A stretch of DNA of 64,000 bases, taken from assembly GCA_976226885.1 (NCBI GenBank), contig OZ320316.1, forward strand, positions 62,558,001 to 62,622,000. Direction: 5' to 3'. Under the pieces are notes generated by a model. It did not search any database. It was given only the letters and a program-made list of their open reading frames with translations, and was not told the DNA's origin. Source of the stretch: Iphione sp. A-MEVVRFRX5. Taxonomy: Eukaryota. The translations under genes and the position numbers were made by a program. Of this stretch, positions 51,404 through 61,175 are shown piece by piece (positions within the stretch are counted from its first letter, which is position 1; the number at the start of each line of letters is the position of its first letter).

Positions 51404-54189
51404 ATAAATATTTTTACAATACATGTACGTTGTCCTTAGCATCAGTTGTGTTCTCCAGATTCTGTATAATTTTAAAAAGTAAAATAGATACATGTATACA
51501 TGTAATAACGTGCACCCCTGTATATTACAGCAAGAACTGTTTCTGTCACTTTTGTGGCCGTCTATCATAAACCATATCTGTTTTGAAAGTCTGCCATTAT
51601 GTTTCCCGGAGGAAAAGGGAAAACATTGTGGCCAGTCACCCATGGTCACAAATATTGATGAGGGAAATCTGAAGAAGCAGTACCTTGGCTATGCCGATAA
51701 AAAGCTTTTATACACGGTATTGATGTCTGTTGCGTGTGAAAGGTAACAATTTGCCTCCTTTTATCTTTATAGTTACAAATGGTCTCCCATTACCCAATCA
51801 ATAATGGTTATATCTGTGAAAACACGCGTGTAAGAATGGACAGAAAAAAGGCTGGCATCAAAGGTAGCCTCCGTGAATGGTATTAATGTCTGGTGGTCGC
51901 AAAATACCTTCGATAACTGACATAAAACAGAGCATATAACTTGAACGCCGGGAGGCTTCAAGCGGTGTCGACATGAAGAATGAAGAATCAATCTTCTTAA
52001 ATTTGTAATAAGCCAAGTCAATATGGTCAACAAGCGTAAAGACTCATTCTTCTATTAATGCGCTAGACAGTGATGGGTACAAAGTATCTTATATGCAGTA
52101 CATGCTTCGAGCATATGAAAATATAAGTCTAGAAGTGAATGCCCAAAGTGTATTTTTCAAGTGGAACAATCTTCTTTGATACTATTGCTGATTTTTCGTC
52201 TCCTGTCTGTAAACATAAATTACTTTTTCAACAATCCTGAAATGTATTTGGCGGCATGCCAAAACAATGTGCTGTTTCTCCAGAATGGACCGTGGGTACT
52301 TCGGCTTAGACGCCTTCTTGAAGGGGCGTGAAACCTTGAACCCAATCCATCAGGAGAGCAGCTCAACACTTGCTCGGGAAGCTGCCTGAGCAGAACTCAC
52401 TGCCTGAAATATACGCCCGAGTGGAGGCCCCCTGTTTTTAACAGACATACACTAGTATACCCATGGTAGTAAGGCCTTCTTCGCAAGGATGCGCCAGGCA
52501 TATGAACTGAACAATATAAGAGGCCGCCCAAGGACTGCTCGTTGCCAATTATCGACCGCTGTGTAGCCATTCAAATCACCTACTTCGAGAATGTAACCTA
52601 AAAAAATGCGTGCCTGGGCTAGGAGCAACCTGCTGGGATATTTTCCTCTCTGATGGTTGCTGGCCCCCACCATACTGTTGCTGTTGCATATTTCACACGA
52701 AGACAATCCAATATTGAAGGCCATGACTAAGAACCTAGACGAAGGGCCAGCTGGAGGTAGGCGGGCCAATGTCATAACAAAGTAGCAATAATTGGCATCA
52801 GTGCTCAATTTTTAAACACAGACAGCAGTCATTATAACAGCCATTTGGCGCGAGGGCCGATTCGTCTCGGCCTAATCTGATCACCCGTCCATACCGATTT
52901 TATACGCCTCGATATTTTAGCCTCTCCTGAATTTATCGGGCATCCTTGAATCAATCCTCCCATTTCCGATGGTCTGGAAAGAAGGACGATGGTGGGGACG
53001 CCTCAGGGGATGGGTGGGTGTTCCGCCACGGAAGCAGTGCTGATTGCTGGGGACCTAACCGTACACCTTCGGGTACAATACCGTCTGAGTCTCCTGCGGC
53101 CTGTGAAGAACCTTGTGCCTGAGGTTATGTTTGTACGGCTCCATTTAATATCCATCCTTTCTTCTTTTGTACACTATTTGAACTATAATATTCCACAACC
53201 CAGCCTCACATAATTCGCATTTGTTGTCAAATAAGAGGCCATTGCCTTCTGTGCAAAGAGGTGTTCACACTGAGTCGTGGAGGGTATCATATATTTGCCC
53301 TAGCCCCCAGTGCACCACCTTTTTGCGCGCATGCATGCACGCGAGTTGTGCATGCGGCGGTCCATGGACGCTTACAACTGATGGCTGGTTGGTTCCCACG
53401 GTGAGAGAATCTGGCTGGTGGGCCAGGCGCCATGCGTGTGCTGTGCTGGGGAGGGGCAGCCGGTGCCCACAGAACTGCCCGGGAGGCCATATGGGCCGCC
53501 CCCGTCCGGGCCTGGGCGAACTGCCGTGGCACTCAGCTGACACGCTACTACTCTAACTTTCTGTCCGCAAGCTGACGTACGGTGATCACCACCCTGGAAA
53601 CCTATACGTCAGAGGTGATGCGAGGAGCAATACGGGACCATAAATATACCATGAAAAGGACGGTGCTGCATTAAGGCAGCCAGCTTCAAAAGTCGCACTT
53701 CAAGGCGCGGTCTGTACGTATCTCTTTGATATATACATCCGGGAAGAGTGTGCACTTCCATCCAAGAGAATACAGAAACCTAGCCTATGGGCTCGGCCCA
53801 CTATCAATTTAGAGTACTGCCTTCCCTGAGGCTGTATTTATTTGATTGTCAGATATAGTATATGTGTTCCTGTATTGGATGCTAGCACGGGAAGACTGAC
53901 ACACTAAAACACCCTACAGTAAATCTAGGAACAGATGCGCACCAGTCTATTTGACAGTTGGTCGTTGGCTCTATTGAGTTCCGTTCCCCCTTGCCCCCAC
54001 CTAATGCCCCCACCTCCAACAGGAATTACTCGCCCAACACGAACCAAAGAAGATTTATGGAGTGTCCGGCACCTGACCACAAAAGGACGAGCAATTTAAT
54101 CCTGGGCTGATGAATGGCAGGTATGACCCTTCTGTAACAGCGTGTGTATCTGGGGTGGTCTGCGGGGTCAGGTGCATGGAGATACGGAG

Positions 54190-54370
54190 GTCCAGTGATC
54201 ACGCCCGCGTCAATAGCCCCGGGGAGCCAGCCATTGACAACACCCCCGACTGAAATGTTTATGACTTTCTGATCAATGCATCCTATTTCAGTAATTTTCA
54301 GTGAGATGGAGCATCGACCGCAATCCCCGGAGACTGTGTGTGTGGTGCGAATGTCGAAGCCAATGTCGCC
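54190..54370 (-). pseudogene. Possible decayed DEDDh (DnaQ/RNase T-like) exonuclease fragment
   Basis: GDIGFDIRTT...KITEIGCID...LPGAIDAGVITG resembles FDxETTG...IIEIGAV...IPxxAxxxHGIT, but the catalytic Glu position is Arg. By-eye similarity only. Confidence 0.3.
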
Positions 54371-55021
54371 GTGACGGCGTGGGAGGTGTCGTCCCGCTGA
54401 CGACCATCCCAACAGGTGTAACTTCGCGCTGTGGCAGACAGCGGCTCGGCGCCGAGGTCCTACTGAATATAACCATTGTGACAAAGTGGTCGACTCTTAG
54501 TCGGAGACAATGAACATACATGCAATTCAGATTAGGCCTTCTGACACAAGACCTTTTGTTAACGAAACACTAAATTACATCCATTGCTCCTGACAAGTGG
54601 GATAAAGACTGAACAATAAAAAAGCTAATGCCAACCGTCATAGATAGGACACTGCATAGTAATGGTTTGATTTGTTGTTTAAATCTTCCATTTGATTTAA
54701 TCTTTTTTAGCATCATTTTCACCGGAACACCAAAAGGAAATGGTGATTATAGATAGAGTACATTGCCATTATCATCCTTGCCCTGAAATGAAACACAATG
54801 GCAAAGTGCAGTGGATGGCAAAGAGCGATCCCGTTTTCGGTAAATGCTCTCTATATTTAGATCATTCATATGTAATGCATACTTCATAAAGGCGATTATG
54901 TAAATGATAATGAATGCAATGTAAAGGATTTACAGACGTATGAACACAAAACAACCGATTCTATTCAAGGCACGTGTGACTAGATTGGCAAGGCAACGAC
55001 GATTGTGATCATTCGTTATAT

Positions 55022-55135
55022 GGACTTGGGGTGAAGCCCCGGTCCATATAACTGACAGGACCTGGGGTAAAGCCCCGGCCCAATACAAATATTCATGGTT
55101 AATTGTTTGCTGAGGGACCCTGGGGTAAAGCCCCG
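55022..55135. repeat. Three spaced copies of a GC hairpin motif ggac(c/t)tggggt(a/g)aagccccg
   Basis: Copies at 55022-55042, 55058-55078 and 55115-55135; each contains GGGG-N5-CCCC. Confidence 0.85.
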
Positions 55136-55427
55136 TGTCAAGGCTGTTCTGATAGGAATGTAAGTTCTCTGATATTATCTTAAATGTTTAAATAACTCTT
55201 TCAAGTTGTATGGAGTAAAGCTGCTGCATCTTGAATGGATATATGTAGTTATTAGTAATGTGACCACGAATGTTGATCTGGCGTAAGCCTTCTTCATATT
55301 CTAGCATACTTATCATTATGTTGTTGATTCAATATGAATCTCATTCCATCACATAACATAATTAACTTCCATGTATTATTGTCAGAATCTGGATGTACAT
55401 ACATAAATGTATAATTCTTCCAGCGTA

Positions 55428-55454
55428 AATAAAGAATTAAAAAAAAAAAAAAAA
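55428..55454 (+). repeat. AATAAA followed by A16: probable 3' tail of a retroposed sequence
   Basis: aataaa at 55428-55433 and an A-run at 55439-55454. Confidence 0.5.
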
Positions 55455-57481
55455 TTCGCAAATGCATGTACAATGTATGCAAATGTATTGAGCATATGTG
55501 TATACGGAATAAATATACATAGATTGTCGATAAGTCAACATTTGGTAATGAATGGGGTTAATTTGAAAGGTGTTATCGATTTTTGTATGTCATGGGATTT
55601 ATTGTGCGCAAACCACAGGACTAAATAGCCAGTGGGTGTTGATTGTTTAGGCCCAGTCTACCTACCCAAGCAGGTGACAGACTCGTTGCCGTTGATTCCT
55701 GTAGTTGGAACTCTTGTGGCGCCTCAGGCGAGCCTGTCTAAACGGCTCTTAGTTGTCCCGTGCCTGGCATGAAAACATGGGTACAGTTAACCACCCTCTT
55801 CGTTTCCATCTAAAACGTGCAATTCATCTGGCAGTGGATGCCATCCGTGTGTTTATTATTGTAGCAAGAACGTCTGCCTGAAAAAAAACGAATTTCTTCC
55901 AAATGCATCACTATTGCAGCTGCCTCAGTGCCTTCCCTCTTTAAGCCGGTGTAATCGTCGTTTGATATTTGTCATCCTGTTCTCCATGACTTAATAATTT
56001 TCCTCGGTATGAATTCTTAAAGGTACTATCGTTGATGAATGCCACTTCAAAAGAGGAAATTTAACAATTCATCCTGAATGGGTCGTCGTCACATGCAGCT
56101 CTGAGCTGTGGTCAGCTCGCCGTGCTGTGATCATCTGAATTAATGGCGGAATATAGCACCTGGTATCGCATACAGCCATATGCATGCGAGAGATGAAGAG
56201 TGGGCCATATTCCTTCCTGCAGCAGGCGGTGTGCAGTCTGCACTCGGCATCTTGGAGACGATGCCCTCTTTTATGGGAACTCTACTGGAAGCCCTTCATC
56301 TGCCTTTGAACCGGGGTAGAACCAAAGCTGTTTCATAACAGAGCCTTGTCTTGTCAGCAGTGAGAACCTATAGAAAGAACATTATAACCTCCTCTCGGGT
56401 AGGCCTTCCTTGTGGTTTGACAACTTACCATTAACGAGGTGCGCACAGGCGTGTCGATACTGCCAGCCTCCTGTCCTTCCATTAGTGTGTCGTATTCGCC
56501 GATGCCAGCGGCTCGTGTTAACTGTAAGCCTACCGTGCCCCTTGGCCCTCTTTTCTTGGACCCAGTCCCATTTTCACCGCATTACTGGCTCAGTATAGCA
56601 CCGACGTGCACGCATGCCTACCATCGGTAAGCCCCAGTAATGCTGATGTATGTATGTCCAAACCCCATTGCATAGAGCCGGTGCGCAGTACTATCCTCCC
56701 TCTCGGAACAACGAAGCAAGAAGGGCGGAATGTTATGTATCACTCTCCATATTCTATGGTTTCATCCTTATTAAAATACATTTCAATTAGAGGCACAACA
56801 GGGGTGAAGGTAGCATAGCTGTACTACAATTCCAATTATAATCAAAAGAACTCGTCATTTATTCGATATTCATATGTACAGACATTAAAGTGCTTCGCAT
56901 TGGAACTTTCGGGCAATAGACAGCCACTGCTTCATTTGTGTGTATTTGTTTTCGCATTTTGTTCTGCAGGTAAACGGAGTCGTACTGACATAAATAATGC
57001 TGTGAAGAGCTTTAGGGAAAAAATGGGAATGATAAGAAAATACAGAGGTTTCCTCAGAACGAATGGAAAAAAATTGTTTTATTCTAAAACTTCGGTGTTT
57101 TTATCAGACGCCACACGAGTAGGGTATCTGAACCGTCGTACAGTTTAAAGTTGACAGGAGGTGGCCTGGCGATTTTAACAATGCTGATTCCAGGTAAACT
57201 GATACAAAGTAGGAGCAATATCTCATTGACAAGGAAAAACACAGTTCATTTTATATAACAGGTAAGGAACGTTTGCAAAATAAATTTATGTTTAATTAGT
57301 ACATCTAGACATGGGTGAAAGTAGTATAATTCATCATTATTCATTCCAATAAAGCCCGGTTTCCATGCACATGGATATTTTTCAGTACTGCGTGTCAGGT
57401 CCGGAAAATTAGCTGGTTTCAGCACAAGCATGGAGATTTCCCTCCATCTGGGTTTCTGGGGAGAAGGAGGAAGAGTCCCCA

Positions 57482-57486
57482 TCTCT

Positions 57487-57539
<53 letters not shown>

Positions 57540-57557
57540 TCTCTCTCTCTTTCCTCT
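57482..57557. repeat. (CT)n microsatellite
   Basis: About 20 uninterrupted CT units plus imperfect flanks. Confidence 0.97.
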
Positions 57558-57573
57558 AGAACAAGAGATTTGT

Positions 57574-57655
57574 AATGGAGTTTGAGGCATATTGGTTGCA
57601 ATTGTATGGTTTTTAATGGAGTTTGAGGCATATTGGTTGAAATTGTATGGTTTTT
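57574..57655. repeat. Tandem duplication, 2 x 41 bp
   Basis: aatggagtttgaggcatattggttg(c/a)aattgtatggttttt at 57574 and 57615, one mismatch. Confidence 0.95.
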
Positions 57656-59169
57656 ATGCAAATTACAAATAATTCACAACGCCTATCATATGATAGACAG
57701 TGTCTATTCTGCTAAAAGCATCCATCTCTCTATCCTACTTATATGTATGCATGTGTGGTGTGGGAAAAAATGAACATTGTCCATTTTCTGTCTCTGGATT
57801 TTTTTTCCACACCACGGACTGCATAGTGTGGAAAATAAACCGGAAATATAGAAACACCCTTGTACATTCTGATAGTATCATCTTTTTCCACATACCAGCA
57901 TGCATGGCACAGAAAAAAATCTGGATGCATGGAAACCGGGCCTAGGATTGATTCTGCTTGTTTCAATAAAATGTAGTGACTTTGTTGCGTCGATTAAATA
58001 ATCATAACGTAGCGAGTCAATATCAGTTAGGGACTTACAAACATTTGTTTTACACTAGAAAGTTGTTATAGGCAAATACTAAGGATTTAAACGGTCTCTC
58101 AGCCGATGATATTAATTTATAACTAGGAGCCGCACCTTTGACTTAGTGACATAGGGAAATGGCTTGCAGATAGCATCTGCTGCACATTGGACATCCTGAT
58201 TTTTGCACTGTAGAGCAGGAATTGCTATTAGAGGCTGGATGCCATTAAGACTGTCGCTCGTCTGTGCCACGAGGTCCCTCCTAGCCTTTGTTATGAGCGA
58301 GAATGTGCCGTACGAAGCTGCAAGCTTGCTGTACGCCGCAGTCTTAGCTTTTTCAGACTGGGAAATGGTTCTCGTTTTTTTGCCTACCCGATACGGTAGG
58401 TTGTAATGGAGGCAGAATATTCGTGAAATCTCAGTACATCTGTTTGATACCGGAGATATATTTGGCGTACTGCGTCACTTTAGATATGATTTATGATGTA
58501 CATGCCGATAAAAGTGGACTAATTTTACTTTAAAATGTAGCCCTCTGCTTATAAGCAGGAGCATCGCGATTATATAAAATAAGTGACCATGTAATATCCT
58601 GGTGACCTTACATCAAGTCTGGGATGTTCAGCTCAGTGTTCCTCTTGAATCATCTATGCACCCATACAGACTACTTAACCACATCGCTGAAGTCCAGTCA
58701 TGTACGCCTGGTTTAGTACGGCTACGTTCGCACCGGAGGTGCAGACTAGAGTCTGTACACGGTTCACAAGGATGCATGCTGCCTTTAAATTATTATTTAA
58801 GACCGAAGCTACTTTCACACTGCATACATGTTGCTCTGCGAGTTGAGAATTTGCCATCAACTAACAGATGGCCTTCTTGTTTGAACCTGGGTTCATGGGT
58901 GGGGTTGGTCACGTTAGCAACAACAGGGCATCAATCTAAACCTGATCTAGGGTGCAAAAGATTGCGACAAAGGGCCCCTTCACAACGTGGGAAGTTCTTT
59001 CAGACCTAGCCTTTTGGTCCGCGTTCCTTTTTTGTATCTGAAACCACCCATGGTGTTTGTGTCTCCTCTCTGTGTCCTCTTTTGCAGTGGCCTAATGGGC
59101 CCTTCTCCCGGCGGCATCTCGGCAGTCCTATCGGTGCTCACACGTTGCCTTGCAGCACCAGCGTAGCCT

Positions 59170-59332
59170 CTGTCGTCCCGGCCCCCGGGCCGATACCCTC
59201 CTGTCAGATTTCCCCCGTTCCATCCCAGCCAAACATTTCATTCTGTCGATCGATAATATTCATTTCCGTTTTCATCGTCATATGCGATCGATCCTGGCAT
59301 ATTTCCGAGATCTCTCCTTGGATCTTAACCCC
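59170..59332 (+). mobile_element. Possible Gypsy/DIRS-type RT remnant
   Basis: DTLLSD...HFILSIDNIHFRFHRHMRSILAYFRDLSLDLNP resembles DTVLxD...FxxVYIDDILI...HLxHLRxVLxxLRxAGLKLNP. Confidence 0.3.
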
Positions 59333-60964
59333 CCCCCCCCCCAGCTAGCAGGTACGAACCAAGACCTTTGGGACCTGATGCAATTACCCCTCGTCTGGCA
59401 TTCAAAGCCGCATTGAACAAGACCTAACTTTGAAAAAATAAGTCGTTCTGTAACGCTACAACTTCCAGTCGACGGCCCAATTACGGATCTCATATAACCT
59501 AACATCAATTCCCTTGTTCTTTACGACCGCCTGTCTCACATGGGAGAGGGGAAGAATGGGGGAGGGCACATTGCCATCAGTACAGACTGTCCCAGTGGCA
59601 GCTCGCACGGAGAGACCAGTTGAGCTTAACCGCAAAGAGCTGGTAGACATGTTGCGGGCGCCCAGAACGGTTCACCTGCGGCCAGCCGTCTTGGTCAACA
59701 TGGAAGAAGTAACGGTGATACACACATCACGTGACGGCAGACGGCGCCCTCCGCCGGCAGAAGGCGGTGACTCACATTAGAGCCGCCCCGAGGGATACAT
59801 CACAAGCGGCAGGCTGCACCGCCGCCAGCGCCGCCCGAGCCGCCGGAGAACACGAGTCGCTTTCATCATCGGCCACACAGGCAGAAACAGGCACCAACGA
59901 TGTGGCGTGACCAAAGCAGCCACCGAGTTACATTAACTGTCTCGCCCTTCCCCGAGGCCTCTCCGGCCGTGGTGCGGGGTGGGTCCTGTATACATGCTCG
60001 CGGCCTTTACAGGTAGGCATTCCATTTGCTGCGACGGAGCTGTGGTACCTTGGGGACAATTGAGAATGGTGATACTCGAGTAAAGCACACGCATTTAGCC
60101 AGCGCAGGTAATTCCGCGGTTGGCTTTCAGGGGCGCGTTGTGAGATGGCGAAGCGCAAGAATCGCTATCGACTCGGACAGTTTGAGACCACTCCAGCAGT
60201 ACAGCTTCTCGTAACCGCTAATAATGTTTGCTTATGTCAAATGCATTTTGATGAGAGGACACCGCAATACTTAACCTGTTTTACCATCATAAGTGTTCCT
60301 GTTCGAGTCCATTGTTGCCGAAAGGAACAGTTTACTACTCCGAAACTAATGCCTCTCCAGGGAGCTTGGTACGGAGCTTTATCATTCTAAAGTGGAAATT
60401 GAGAAAGATGAATGGCTCAACACACCCTACTCAACCATGAGCGTGCTTCATATAACGGAACCAACGTGAAAAATTGATGGATATTGCCTTATGTCTTTAC
60501 GGTGTCCATGAACATTACTGGCTGCGATTAAATTAAAGGGAAATACAATAGATTAAGCCCGCAGGGAACAAATTTGATGTAATTTGTGGGCAGCGCAGCC
60601 GAGTTGCCGATCTTGATGGGCGTAATCACCACAGGCTGAAGGCTGAAATGTGGCAAATGATAGGGTGTTGGGTGTGTGGCTGGCCTCTGATTAAACAGAA
60701 TGCTGGGCGATGACTTTCTCCGATATGACTGTTTATTCTCAGCTACGGACATTGTCACACACGCAGCATGACACGATTGTGGTCTCACTTCCTCTCTTCT
60801 TTGTGCTGCCGCGACGTCTACCTGTGTAGGTCATGGCCTTTGCTGTAGTCACCACCAGCGCACTCTCTGCCCCCACGGCCGCGTCTGTCAGACAGAATGA
60901 GCCCATACGTCCCCCAGCACACACACCCAATACAAGACCCTCCTGATGCGGCCTGTTACTTTGT

Positions 60965-61175
60965 GTATATTGATCCGGCTTTCCATTTCTCGCCACGCTG
61001 GCCTATTTGGCTCAATTAGGGCCTGGTCTTTAGGTGGGACTATCGCGTGTGGCAGGGTCGTCAAGTGATGGACGCCACTATCACTTCTAACGTCGATGTA
61101 GCCACGCTTCCGACTCCTGGCATCGTCGGCTACTCGCCGCCCTTTCGTTGGTCGGCGCGGCGCCTCAAGAAGCTC
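60965..61175 (-). mobile_element. Possible Gypsy-type integrase remnant
   Basis: EAPRR...VADD...DSGVHHLTTLPH...QALIEPNR...W resembles PRRIxSDxG...GVxHLTTxPYHPQxNGxxERxNR...W of the DDE integrase core. Confidence 0.4.

Larger units (their letters stand above)
57353..57942. mobile_element. PIF/Harbinger-like MITE, ~590 bp
   Basis: 17-bp terminal inverted repeats with 16/17 identity: agcccggtttccatgca (57353-57369) and tgcatggaaaccgggcc (57926-57942). Flanked by TAA and TAG, resembling a 3-bp TWA target. No coding capacity. Confidence 0.75.

Noticed and set aside
48764-51649. Minus-strand and alternate-frame ORFs over the protocadherin, including the 233-aa ORF 50948-51649, 158-aa ORF 50041-50517 and 151-aa ORF 49562-50017
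   Set aside because: Antisense or frame shadows of a GC-rich coding exon, with no recognisable domains.
58203-58250. HCRAGIAIRGWMP as a possible protocadherin CM2 motif (GHSDxCWMP)
   Set aside because: Only WMP matches, and the adjacent acceptor gives SRNCY* in the required phase 0.
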